DNA of 64,000 nucleotides from Candidatus Multivoradales bacterium (GCA_965223855.1 CBDCXM010000008.1:32001-96000), one strand, 5' to 3'; positions 8,293 to 17,559 are shown, counted from the stretch's first letter. Notes: generated by a model from the sequence alone, not told the origin. Numbers and translations: made by a program.

Positions 8293-11200
8293 ATGGGTCT
8301 CGACCCTAGCCCGGGCCCCTGCTCCCTCGGGTCCCTTTGTGGGGTAAACTCCCGAGTCTTGAGAGGAAATCGGCTTTCGGCGCGACTCTCGGGGAGATGC
8401 GAGCCGAAGCGAAGACGGGGCATACGTCCTGCCCTTCGCGCCACGCTCGTCGCATCCTCGCTCCTGTGGCTGGTCTCGACGGCCTCCGGGGCGGCGCCTA
8501 CCTACCGATTCCACTACCCGCTCACCGGCGACTCCTCGGTCATCTACGACGTCTCGCACATCGTGCAGGACGGCCGCGGCTTCATCTGGCTCGGCTACGA
8601 GCGCAGCGTCGACCGGTACGACGGCTCCCGCGTCACGAGAGTCAAGTTGCCGGGGTCGGCGTCGCTCACAGAGATGACCACGTCCAACGACGGCCATCTG
8701 TGGCTGGCGACGCGTTCTGAAGGTCTGCTGGTCTGGGACGCGGCCACGGAGAGCTTTCTGCGCTGGACGCCCGACCCCGGTTCACCGGCCGTCCCTCTCG
8801 ATCTCGAAGCACTGACCGTCGGTCCGAGCGGGTTGCTGTGGGCGGCGACGAGTGACGGCAGAGTCGTCAGGATCGATCCCATCCGACGGCAGGCGACCGC
8901 AGTCGCGGCTCTGTCCGGCGGCGGCAACGTCTCGATTCGCAGCCTGGCCACCGGTCCCGGCGGCCAGGTCTGGATAGGGACGGGCAGCGGCGATCTCTAC
9001 CGGTTCGACCCTGCATCCAACGAGTCGACCCGACTCCGGGAGGCTGTCGGCGCTGCGCCGGTCTCGGCGCTGATCGCCGACGAGGAAGCGGTCTGGGCGG
9101 CGGGCGAGACGGGCCGGCTGATCCGCATCGATCCTCGCAACCTCGAGACGACGGCGATGGTCGTGGCTACCCGTGAGCGTGCCGAGCCACAGTCGATCCT
9201 CTCGCTGGCGCTCGACCCGCAGGGCAAACTCTGGGTCGGCACCGTCGATGGTCTGCGTCAGTTGTCGTCGGACGAACGGCGCCTCGAGACGGTACGAGCC
9301 GACCAGCGCGAGTTCAGCGAGCCCAACAGCAGCGCCGTGCGCGCGCTCTACCTCGATCGAGGCGAAGTGCTGTGGATCGCGAACGACGGCGGCATCGCCA
9401 CGGTCACGACCCGGGCCAGCGGCTTCACCCACTGGCGCATCGAAACGGGTGGGGCGACACACCCCGTCACCTCTCTCGCTGTCGAGGAGGACGGAACACT
9501 GTGGGCGGGCACCTACGACGGTGGGCTCTTCCGGAGATCTCCGTCGGGTGTGGTCGAGCAGATGGACCGCTCCCCCATCTCCGTCCGCGACGAGGGCGGA
9601 ACCGACCGTTGGCGCTCGAGCGCCAACGACTTGCACATCGCTCCTGACGGCACGTTGTGGATGGGGACGATGCGCAAGGGACTCGCCAGATGGGATCCGG
9701 CGGCGGGAGAGTTCGACTACCTCCCCTTCGACCCCCGCACCGAGGGTGCGCTCAACAACTCGACGGTGACCGTGCTGGCCGATCGCCGCGCCGGTGGACT
9801 GTGGGTGGGCACCTTCGCCGGAGGACTCAACCAGCTGGACACCGAAACCGGCAGATTTCGGGCCGAGAAGAGCGATCCCGACGACCCGACAACCCTGAGT
9901 CAGAACCAGATCAGAAGCCTGCTGGAGGATTCGGCAGGGCGTCTGTGGGTCGGCACGCGAGACCACGGGCTCAATCTCCGACGTCCCGGTGATCGAGGCT
10001 TCCTCCGCCTGAGGATGGACACCACCGACAGCCGGGCGCTCCAGGACGACACCGTCTTCGCTCTGACGGAAGATTCAGACGGGAGGATCTGGGTGGGTAC
10101 CTGGGGAGGGCTTCATCAGGCGCTCGTGACCGACAACGGCGTCGAGTTCCGGCACTACGGCCGCGAGGAAGGCCTCCAGGGCCGCAGGGTCTATTCGATC
10201 CTCGAAGACGCAGACGGCATGATCTGGCTCAGTACTTCGAGCGGTATCTCGAAGCTCAACCCGACGACCAACACGATCGTCAACCTGGGCCTCGATCACG
10301 GACTTCCGCCGACCGGATTCAACTTCAACGCCTATGCCCTGGGTCCGGACGGGACCCTGCACTACGGCAGCAGCTACGGTGTGACGTCGCTCGATCCGAA
10401 GCAGACTCTGGTCGAGGTCTACACGCCGGAGATCATCCTCACTGGAATCTCGAAGACCGGAGGGTCGACCACGGTAGAGACGGACTCGGTCACGCTCTCC
10501 TACAGCGAGGGGTTCGTGACGTTCGACTTCAGCCTCCTCGACTTCGGCGCACAGGACCGCAACCGCTACGAGCACAGGCTCGACGGGTTCGACGACGAAG
10601 GAAAGTGGGACGACACCGGCTCCCACCAGCGGGCGACCTACTCCCAGCTTCCTCCCGGCCGCTACACGTTCCGCGTCCGCGGAGCCAACAGCGAAGGGGT
10701 CTGGTCGGCGAACGAAGCGCGCGCCGAAGTTCACGTCCTGCCTCCGCCCTGGGCCACCTGGTGGGCCTACACCGCCTACATCGCGCTCGCCGTAGCGATG
10801 GTTCTCGCCTATGCCCGGATGCAGTCGCGCCGCCAGCAACGCGAGGCGACGTACCGCCGCCGGCTGGAGAGCGAAGTGCACCAGCGCACGCAGGAACTCG
10901 CCGAGCAGAACGAGAAGCTGCGCTACGCCAACGAGTTGCTCGAGGTGGCGAGCGTCACCGACTCACTCACAGGCGTACGGAACCGGCGCTTCCTGCTGAC
11001 GACGATCGATCAGGACATCGCTCTCGTCGATCGAGCCTTCGCCAAGGACGCCGTCGATCCCGAGAACTCCGCGTTCGTCTTCATCCTGTTCGATCTGGAC
11101 GGATTCAAGGAGATCAACGACGGCTATGGCCATTCGGCAGGCGACCTGGTCCTCTACCAGGTTCGGGATCTCCTCGCGCAGGCGTGCCGCACTTCCGACA

Positions 11201-11640
11201 CCCTGGTGCGATGGGGCGGGGACGAGTTCCTCATCGTGGCGAGAGAGGCGACGAGACGACACGTCGAGGCCCTCGCGGAGAGGATCCGTCAGAGCGTCTC
11301 CGGCCACGAGTTCGACGTCGGCGGCAGCACTCCCGTACGCCTCACCTGCTCCCTAGGCTTCGCCTGCTATCCGTTCGTCGCCGGAAACCCCAAGCTGTAC
11401 TCGTGGGAAGAGGTGATCGACATCGCCGACAGGGCTCTGTACGTGGCAAAGCGCCATGGACCGAACATGTGGGCTGGAATCTTCGGCACCGAGCGAACGG
11501 AAGAGACACCCTCGGAGGATCTCCTGACGCTGATCCTGGAGCGACCGGAGCTTCTCAACGACGAGGGGAGCATCCGGCTCGTCACCTCGAAGCCCACGCC
11601 ATACGCCATTCACCCCAGATCCAAGCCTAGCGGCAGGTAA
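8293..11640 (+). CDS. Membrane-anchored diguanylate cyclase with extracellular ligand-binding beta-propeller (Reg_prop repeats) and YYY domain
   Basis: Repeated 'DxxGxLWVGT' blades, YYY-type 'ATYSQLPPGRYTFRVRGANSEGVWS', TM 'PPPWATWWAY', 'TDSLTG', 'FDLDGFKEIND', I-site RTSD and intact 'RWGGDEF'. Start uncertain. Confidence 0.9.
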   Translation: MGLDPSPGPCSLGSLCGVNSRVLRGNRLSARLSGRCEPKRRRGIRPALRATLVASSLLWLVSTASGAAPTYRFHYPLTGDSSVIYDVSHIVQDGRGFIWLGYERSVDRYDGSRVTRVKLPGSASLTEMTTSNDGHLWLATRSEGLLVWDAATESFLRWTPDPGSPAVPLDLEALTVGPSGLLWAATSDGRVVRIDPIRRQATAVAALSGGGNVSIRSLATGPGGQVWIGTGSGDLYRFDPASNESTRLREAVGAAPVSALIADEEAVWAAGETGRLIRIDPRNLETTAMVVATRERAEPQSILSLALDPQGKLWVGTVDGLRQLSSDERRLETVRADQREFSEPNSSAVRALYLDRGEVLWIANDGGIATVTTRASGFTHWRIETGGATHPVTSLAVEEDGTLWAGTYDGGLFRRSPSGVVEQMDRSPISVRDEGGTDRWRSSANDLHIAPDGTLWMGTMRKGLARWDPAAGEFDYLPFDPRTEGALNNSTVTVLADRRAGGLWVGTFAGGLNQLDTETGRFRAEKSDPDDPTTLSQNQIRSLLEDSAGRLWVGTRDHGLNLRRPGDRGFLRLRMDTTDSRALQDDTVFALTEDSDGRIWVGTWGGLHQALVTDNGVEFRHYGREEGLQGRRVYSILEDADGMIWLSTSSGISKLNPTTNTIVNLGLDHGLPPTGFNFNAYALGPDGTLHYGSSYGVTSLDPKQTLVEVYTPEIILTGISKTGGSTTVETDSVTLSYSEGFVTFDFSLLDFGAQDRNRYEHRLDGFDDEGKWDDTGSHQRATYSQLPPGRYTFRVRGANSEGVWSANEARAEVHVLPPPWATWWAYTAYIALAVAMVLAYARMQSRRQQREATYRRRLESEVHQRTQELAEQNEKLRYANELLEVASVTDSLTGVRNRRFLLTTIDQDIALVDRAFAKDAVDPENSAFVFILFDLDGFKEINDGYGHSAGDLVLYQVRDLLAQACRTSDTLVRWGGDEFLIVAREATRRHVEALAERIRQSVSGHEFDVGGSTPVRLTCSLGFACYPFVAGNPKLYSWEEVIDIADRALYVAKRHGPNMWAGIFGTERTEETPSEDLLTLILERPELLNDEGSIRLVTSKPTPYAIHPRSKPSGR

Positions 11641-13391
11641 TGCGGCCCGCCCGCGGCGACGCCGCCAGGTCGGCCGCTTCCGCCACCCTTCGGGTCCTGC
11701 TCGTCTGCGCCGAGAGTCTCAAGAGCGAGGCGCTCAGACTGCTCGAGGAGGCCGGAGACCGCATACGCGTGGTGATCGCCTCCGAATCGGAGGCGGCGGA
11801 GGCGATGCTCGGTGCAGGGCGCTTCGACGCGGTACTGATCGAGTCGACGGCGGACGGCACCTCCGGCGAAGAGCTGTGCCGACGGTTCCGTGAGCGCTCG
11901 CGGTTCGACGATGTGCGTGTCGTAGTCGTCGTCGATGGCGGCAGGGAAGAGACCGACGAGGCCCTCGCCGCCGGCGCGACCGAGGCGGCACCGCGCCCCC
12001 TCGCTTTGCCGGCACTGCTGGGACACCTCGGTGGCACCCGTCTCCAGATCGAGCAGCCGGAGGTCGATGATGGGAAGCGCGACTCGAGGGTCGATCCACT
12101 GACCTCGCTGCCGGATCGCAACGCCTTTCGCCGACTGCTCGCGGAGCGTCTCGAAGCGAGGCAGGGAGACGGGCCCGTAGCGGCGATCCTCCTCGACATC
12201 GACCGCTTCAAGAAGATCAACGACAGTCTCGCCCACTCTTTCGGCGACCGGGTGCTCGTGGAGTTCGCGCGCCGCCTCAGCGTGGCACTCGGCGGGCCTG
12301 CCGAAGGGCGGGCCCTCGGTCGATACGGAGGAGACGAGTTCGCGGTGATGCTCGGCGACCTGGAGCGCGTAGGCGACGTCGCACAGGCGGCACGACACAT
12401 TCTCGCGACCCTGGCCCGCCCCCTTGCCGTGGAGGACCGCGAGATCTTCATCACGGCAAGCGTCGGGGCGGCCGTGGCACCGGCCGACGGCAAGACCGCG
12501 GAGCTGCTGCTGCGCAACGCCGAGACCGCGATGTACGCGGCCAAGAAGGCGGGGCGCGACACGTTCCGCTTCTATACCGACCCGATGAGCGCTTCGGTCG
12601 TGCGCAAGTTCGATCTCGAAAACAAGCTGAGGCGAGCGCTCGAGCGTGACGAATTCGAGCTCCTCTATCAGCCGATCATCAATGCAAGACGGCAGAGCCT
12701 GACCGGCGTCGAGGCGCTGTTGAGGTGGAACCGGGCGGGCGAGGAACCGAGTCAGCCGGAGGAGTTCATCGCCGTCGCCGAGGAGACCGGACTGGTGGTG
12801 GAGATCGGTGAATGGGTGCTCCGGAAGGCCTGCGCGCAGGCGCACGAGTGGAACCGCTCGTCCCCCTCCCCGGTTCGCGTGACCGTCAACGTCTCACATC
12901 GCCAACTGCGCAGCCGCGGCTTCGTCAGCTCGGTGGCGAGGATTCTCGGGGACACCGGGCTCGATGCCCGCCTCCTGGAACTCGAGATCACCGAAAGCAG
13001 CGTCGTCCGCAACGAGCGCGAGACGCTCACCGCACTCCACCAGCTCAAGGTCCAGGGGATCCGCCTCGCGGTCGACGACTTCGGGACCGGACACTCGGCC
13101 CTGAGCTATCTCAAGAAGTTCCCGCTCAACACCCTGAAGATCGATCAGTCCTTCACGCGCGGGATCACGACCGACGCCGACGATGCCGCCATCATCACCG
13201 CGACGATCAACATGGCCCACGGGTTGAACATGACAGTCGTCGCCGAAGGGGTGGAACTCGAAGAACAGCTCTACTTCCTGAGCCAGAACCAGTGCGACGA
13301 AGTCCAGGGGTTCCTCTTCGCCGCTCCCCTCGACGTCGAAGAGGTCGGTCGGCGGCTCCATGCCCAGAGCTGGGGCCCCGCCTCCGGCTGA
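11640..13391 (+). CDS. Degenerate receiver - GGDEF - EAL protein (c-di-GMP cyclase/phosphodiesterase)
   Basis: 'DIDRFKKIND', 'RYGGDEF', 'GVEALLRW', 'ELEITES', 'DDFGTGHS' and 'VVAEGVE'. Start overlaps the upstream stop (TAATG). Confidence 0.92.
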   Translation: MRPARGDAARSAASATLRVLLVCAESLKSEALRLLEEAGDRIRVVIASESEAAEAMLGAGRFDAVLIESTADGTSGEELCRRFRERSRFDDVRVVVVVDGGREETDEALAAGATEAAPRPLALPALLGHLGGTRLQIEQPEVDDGKRDSRVDPLTSLPDRNAFRRLLAERLEARQGDGPVAAILLDIDRFKKINDSLAHSFGDRVLVEFARRLSVALGGPAEGRALGRYGGDEFAVMLGDLERVGDVAQAARHILATLARPLAVEDREIFITASVGAAVAPADGKTAELLLRNAETAMYAAKKAGRDTFRFYTDPMSASVVRKFDLENKLRRALERDEFELLYQPIINARRQSLTGVEALLRWNRAGEEPSQPEEFIAVAEETGLVVEIGEWVLRKACAQAHEWNRSSPSPVRVTVNVSHRQLRSRGFVSSVARILGDTGLDARLLELEITESSVVRNERETLTALHQLKVQGIRLAVDDFGTGHSALSYLKKFPLNTLKIDQSFTRGITTDADDAAIITATINMAHGLNMTVVAEGVELEEQLYFLSQNQCDEVQGFLFAAPLDVEEVGRRLHAQSWGPASG

Positions 13392-13450
13392 CGGAGTCGT
13401 CGGCCCTCCGCGATTCTCATCGCGACCGCTGCCCCGCGTATACTCCGCTC

Positions 13451-13879
13451 GTGTCGATCCCGGCGGCCACCCTCGAACTGCTCCGCGACCTCGCCTGCCG
13501 CGAGCCGGTGTCGCTCATCATCTCGGGAGCCTGCATGGAGCCGGTCCTGCGCGACGGCGATCGGGTGACGGTCAGCCGACGGCGACGCTACGCTCCCGGC
13601 GACATCGTGGCGTTTCAGCGAGCCGGAGGGGAACTGGTGGCCCACAGGGTCCTCGGCTACTGTCCGACTCGCAGCGGCTGGAAGCTGATGGCGAGAGGAG
13701 ATCGCCTGTCGCGTGAGGACGAGCCGGTGACGCTCGATCGAGTGGTCGGCCAGGTCGTGGCGACCACCGCTGGAGCACTCGACAAGCCCGGCCCGCAACT
13801 GCGCTTGCTGTGCTCTTTCGAGCTGCTCCGACGACTCGCCCGGCGGGCCCTGTCATGCTTCTCGGCGAACGCTTCCTGA
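13451..13879 (+). CDS. S24/S26 signal-peptidase-like protein (putative RiPP leader peptidase); nucleophile position is Cys
   Basis: C-terminal part of the 12812 ORF: 'IISGACMEPVLRDGD...GDIVAF...LVAHRV...ARGD'. GTG preceded by TATACT-N6. Confidence 0.8.
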   Translation: MSIPAATLELLRDLACREPVSLIISGACMEPVLRDGDRVTVSRRRRYAPGDIVAFQRAGGELVAHRVLGYCPTRSGWKLMARGDRLSREDEPVTLDRVVGQVVATTAGALDKPGPQLRLLCSFELLRRLARRALSCFSANAS

Positions 13880-14790
13880 CACAGCCCGATCTGTTCCCGG
13901 CACGCCTGGCCGGGACACCCGCCGGGAACGAGGCGGTCGAGCTCGAGTTGCCCGGCGGCCCCTACGATGTCGCGGGCCTCTCGAGCCGCCAACGAGACGC
14001 TCTCGAGGGCCGTTACGGCCCGCTGTGCAAGAGCTCCGGAGCGCGGAGCCTCGCGCAGGCGGTGCCCATTCGTGTCTTCATGGTGGACAGCGGAGAGTTC
14101 CTCGCCGGGGACACGGCCGGGAGGGTCAACGACTTCGACTTCGACTATCTGGAAGACCGCGTCCGGCTGGCAGGCCACCGGGTGATGGCGCAGCTGCGCC
14201 TCGCCCCCTCATCTACGCTGGCCCTGTGGACCAGCGTCACCGACGAGGGGCCCTTCCTCGAGCTGTTCGAGAACTGCTTCAGGGTCTGCGTCGCCTACAG
14301 GCTGCTGGAGAGTGGGGGCGCTCTCGTTCATAGCGCAGCGATCGCCGACAACGGCAAGGCGTGGCTCTTCTTCGGTCACTCGGGGGTCGGCAAGACGACT
14401 CTGGCGCGAAGCGCCCGCGAGCAGGGCTTCGAGCTGCTGAGTGACGACCTCAACGCGGTCGTCGCACGCGGGGACGGCCTGGCACTCGTGAGAATGCCGT
14501 TCTCGGGCGAGCTGCGCCACCCTCCCGCCCCCGCCACCGAAGTGCCCCTGACCGCCGCCGCGGCGCTGGTGCAGGCCGAGTCGGTCGACTGGAAGCCGCT
14601 GACCTCGGGCCGCGCGATGGCGGCCCTGGCGTCGAGCTGCCCGTTCCTCAATCGCGATCCGCATCGGCTCCCCAGCCTTCTCGATACCCTTCGGGCGATG
14701 GCGGACCGCGTACCGATCGGAGAACTGTCGATGACCCTGAACCCGAATCTGAGGCAGGTGTTGCCTCGTCCCGACGAGGTGACGGCTTGA
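13855..14790 (+). CDS. HPr kinase-related P-loop protein (ScmC/HprK-related type)
   Basis: 'LVHSAAI...LFFGHSGVGKTTLA...LLSDD...MPFSG'. Lies between S26 and PqqD genes, as in SynChlorMet-like cassettes. Confidence 0.8.
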   Translation: MLLGERFLTQPDLFPARLAGTPAGNEAVELELPGGPYDVAGLSSRQRDALEGRYGPLCKSSGARSLAQAVPIRVFMVDSGEFLAGDTAGRVNDFDFDYLEDRVRLAGHRVMAQLRLAPSSTLALWTSVTDEGPFLELFENCFRVCVAYRLLESGGALVHSAAIADNGKAWLFFGHSGVGKTTLARSAREQGFELLSDDLNAVVARGDGLALVRMPFSGELRHPPAPATEVPLTAAAALVQAESVDWKPLTSGRAMAALASSCPFLNRDPHRLPSLLDTLRAMADRVPIGELSMTLNPNLRQVLPRPDEVTA

Positions 14791-15065
14791 AGCCGGAGCT
14801 GTCTGCCGTCCTCGAGCGGGCAGACGACGTCCGCTACCGCTCGGTCGAGCGTGAGACCGTCGTCATCCGCCAGCAACAGGCCGAGGCACTCGTACTCAGC
14901 GAGGTGGCCGGGCGGATCCTCGACCTGCTCGACGGCACGCGAAGCCTCGAAGAGGTCGTCGCCCGCCTGCTCGACGAGTTCTCCGTCGATCGGGCGGTTC
15001 TGGAAGAGGACGTCAGGGCCTACGCCGGAGAACTTCTCGAGACCGGACTGGTGCTCGAAGCATAG
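14787..15065 (+). CDS. PqqD-family RiPP recognition element
   Basis: 92 aa, 'LVLSEVAGRILDLLDGTRSLEEVVARLLDEFSVDRAVLEEDVRAYAGELLETGLV'. Confidence 0.9.
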   Translation: MKPELSAVLERADDVRYRSVERETVVIRQQQAEALVLSEVAGRILDLLDGTRSLEEVVARLLDEFSVDRAVLEEDVRAYAGELLETGLVLEA

Positions 15066-15126
15066 TCTCGATCGGGCAGCCTGGACGGCACGAGTCGAAC
15101 TGCACCACCGCGACGCGGCGCCGGCT

Positions 15127-15168
15127 GGCCTTCTGCGGGAAGGTCGCAGCGACCCCTTCTCGAAGGCC
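15127..15168. terminator. Hairpin between the convergent halves of the RiPP cluster
   Basis: GGCCTTC...GAAGGCC outer arms with inner GGTCGC/GCGACC pairing. Confidence 0.4.
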
Positions 15169-15173
15169 GGAGC

Positions 15174-15338
15174 TCAGGACTGAATCGGGCCGACCGTACA
15201 GCTGAGGGGGTCGGTCTTGCCGGTGTCGCAGACGACCGCGAGAGCCTCGAGGCGCTCGCGCGAGAGCGTCCGCGGCTTGCGGTAGGGCCTCTTGCTCTCG
15301 TTCTCCCCGCCCCTGCCTACGCCATGACTCATCTTCAT
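15174..15338 (-). CDS. RiPP precursor peptide (52-54 aa): (MK)MSHGVGRGGENESKRPYRKPRTLSRERLEALAVVCDTGKTDPLSCTVGPIQS
   Basis: Manual translation. G-rich RBS, RRE-type KxPYxxP leader motif and two-Cys C-terminal core ending in S. Directly downstream of the radical SAM gene. Alternative ATG at 15332. Confidence 0.8.
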   Translation of the reverse strand: MKMSHGVGRGGENESKRPYRKPRTLSRERLEALAVVCDTGKTDPLSCTVGPIQS

Positions 15339-15396
15339 CCTACAGCCCCCCTCGATTCGATCCCAGAACCCCCTCCGAGACCCCGATCATACGTGC

Positions 15397-16488
15397 CTAC
15401 TCGACGATCGGCAACAGCGCAGAACCGGGAGCCGCAGCCTCCTCTTTGAGCTGCCTGCGCGCCGCAGCCGCCGGATAGAGACCCAACGGACTGCCGGTCT
15501 GCGTCTCGGCGTTCCCGGGACAGAAGGCCATCTGGGATCCGAACGTACCCTGGCCCTCGATCGATCTCTTCACTTCTTCGGTCGTCGAGCGGACCTCCTC
15601 GAGCCCTGCCGAGCCGCTCCACAGCTCTTCGATCGAGGTTTCGTGGAGATTGCCCACGGCTCGTCTCCACTGAACGCAGGGATACACGGTACCGAATGGA
15701 TCGATCGCAATCGTCGAGGAGCCGGCCCCGCAGTGCTTGCTGGTCGGTACGGCGGGTAGCAGGTCGTCTCCCTCTCTGGACACCAGAATCGTCGCCGCCG
15801 CCTGCCGTTCGGTCTCGCGCTCGGCACGCTTCGACTGAATCCTGAAGAGTCTCAGCACCGCCTCCCTCGAAGCCCGGATCGACTGCGGCTCCGCATCGCC
15901 GTCGTCGCGCGGCGTCACCTCGGGATCGATCTGCATCGGCAACCCGAGGTCTTCGACCAGTTCGATCATCGCCTCGAGCTCGTGCTCGTTCCAGGCGGTA
16001 AGCGTGGTGTTGACCTTCATCCGGAGGCCGAGTTCGCCGGCCTCCCTGAGGTTCTCCAGCAACCGGTCGAAGCTTCCCGGTACGCGGGTCTGGCGATCGT
16101 GCGTCGCGGCCGTGGCTCCGTGGAGACTGGTTTCGATCTGAAACGGGTCGACCTCGTCCCGGAGCCGGCGCGCCACGTCCCCTCTCAGCGCGTGACCGTT
16201 CGACTTCAACCGCACCACGAAGCCGAGATCCCTCGCGCGACGACCGAGCTCGAAGAAGTCCGGATGCGCCAGGGGCTCCCCTCCGCTGAGAATGAGATTC
16301 AACGTCCCGAGGCGCTCCAGACCGGAGAAGAGCTCGAAATACTGCTCCTTGTCGAGCGGCTTGCCCCGCAGCGACAGATCGTTGTAGCAGAAAAAGCAGT
16401 CGAGGTTGCACCGGTAGGTCAGCTCGATGAGGGCTGAAAACAGGTGGTTCTGCTGCCAGGTCTTGTGGACGATCTTGGAGAAGCTCAT
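15397..16488 (-). CDS. Radical SAM peptide maturase with truncated SPASM (twitch-like) domain
   Basis: 'ELTYRCNLDCFFCY', 'SGGEPL' and 'HCGAG...IDPFGTVYPC...GNL'. True start is MSFSKI at 16488. Confidence 0.92.
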   Translation of the reverse strand: MSFSKIVHKTWQQNHLFSALIELTYRCNLDCFFCYNDLSLRGKPLDKEQYFELFSGLERLGTLNLILSGGEPLAHPDFFELGRRARDLGFVVRLKSNGHALRGDVARRLRDEVDPFQIETSLHGATAATHDRQTRVPGSFDRLLENLREAGELGLRMKVNTTLTAWNEHELEAMIELVEDLGLPMQIDPEVTPRDDGDAEPQSIRASREAVLRLFRIQSKRAERETERQAAATILVSREGDDLLPAVPTSKHCGAGSSTIAIDPFGTVYPCVQWRRAVGNLHETSIEELWSGSAGLEEVRSTTEEVKRSIEGQGTFGSQMAFCPGNAETQTGSPLGLYPAAAARRQLKEEAAAPGSALLPIVE

Positions 16489-16575
16489 GGTGGAAAGCGC
16501 CTGGTCGGGAAGCGGGGCGGAACGTGGCAGCGCGGGGCTCGTGACGGTCGAAAAGTATAGCGGAGCGCCTGCAAG

Positions 16576-16591
16576 GCAGTTCCTGCGCCGG
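16576..16591 (-). promoter_or_regulatory. Possible sigma-54 (-24/-12) promoter for the radical SAM-precursor transcript
   Basis: Minus strand CCGGCGCAGGAACTGC has GG-N10-GC spacing. A TATACT -10 box at 16555-16560 is an alternative promoter element. Confidence 0.3.
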
Positions 16592-16641
16592 TCTCCCGCC
16601 CGGTTCGGGCGAGTCGATTCCCCTCTGATAGCCTCCCGAGC

Positions 16642-17550
16642 GTGAGCGTCCGCACCCGCACGACGGCCGTGCTGATGATCGGGTTCGGTTTCGCGGTGTC
16701 GGCGGCCGGGGCCAACCCCGCAGTCGCAACGGCGACCCTCCTCGGCAATCAGGAGTTCGCGCTCTGCCGCGATCTCGGTAACCGGCTCGGCAGCGTCAGT
16801 CTCGAGCAGTGCCGCGCCGCCGGTCTCAGTCACGCCGGCGCCTGGTCGGCCGAAGGGAGGGCGATCGTCTACCGGGACTTTCCCCGGCTGCCCGGGAGGA
16901 AGCCGCTGGGTAAGGTCCTTCTCATCGGTGGCATCCACGGCGACGAGTACTCGTCGATCAGCATCGTCTTCCGCTGGCTTTCGACGCTGCGCAAGTACCA
17001 CTCGGGACTCTTCGAGTGGCGCATCGTTCCCGTGCTCAATCCTGACGGTCTACTGCGCCGACCCGCACAGCGCATGAACGCCAACGGGGTCGATCTCAAT
17101 CGCAACTTCCCTTCTCCCAACTGGGCGTCGGAGAGTCGCGACTACTGGGTTCGCCGGACCTCCCGCAATCCCCGCCGATACCCCGGGCCGGCCGCGTTGA
17201 GCGAGCCGGAGAGCCGCTGGCTGGCCGATCAGATCGCCGACTTCGAACCGGACGTCATCGTCTCGGTCCACGCGCCTCACAGCATCGTCGACTACGACGG
17301 ACCCGCAGCGGCGCCGGAGAAACTCGGCTCGCTCTATCTCAAGCTCCTCGGCACCTACCCCGGATCTCTGGGTCGCTATGCCGGCGTCCACATGGACATC
17401 CCGGTCGTGACGATCGAACTCGCGAGCGCGGGCTCGATGCCCTCGGCGGGCGAGCAGCGCGACATCTGGATCGACCTCGTTCGCTGGCTGAGGGGCAAGA
17501 TGCCCGAGCGGGCTCTCGGTCCGGGCAGCCCCCGGACCGGCGGCGGCTGA
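16642..17550 (+). CDS. M14 family zinc carboxypeptidase, murein tripeptide amidase MpaA-like
   Basis: 'GGIHGDE', 'NPDG', 'RMNANGVDLNRNFP', 'SEPES', 'VSVH' and 'YPGSLG'. Confidence 0.85.
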   Translation: MSVRTRTTAVLMIGFGFAVSAAGANPAVATATLLGNQEFALCRDLGNRLGSVSLEQCRAAGLSHAGAWSAEGRAIVYRDFPRLPGRKPLGKVLLIGGIHGDEYSSISIVFRWLSTLRKYHSGLFEWRIVPVLNPDGLLRRPAQRMNANGVDLNRNFPSPNWASESRDYWVRRTSRNPRRYPGPAALSEPESRWLADQIADFEPDVIVSVHAPHSIVDYDGPAAAPEKLGSLYLKLLGTYPGSLGRYAGVHMDIPVVTIELASAGSMPSAGEQRDIWIDLVRWLRGKMPERALGPGSPRTGGG

Positions 17551-17559
17551 GGCCCCGTC

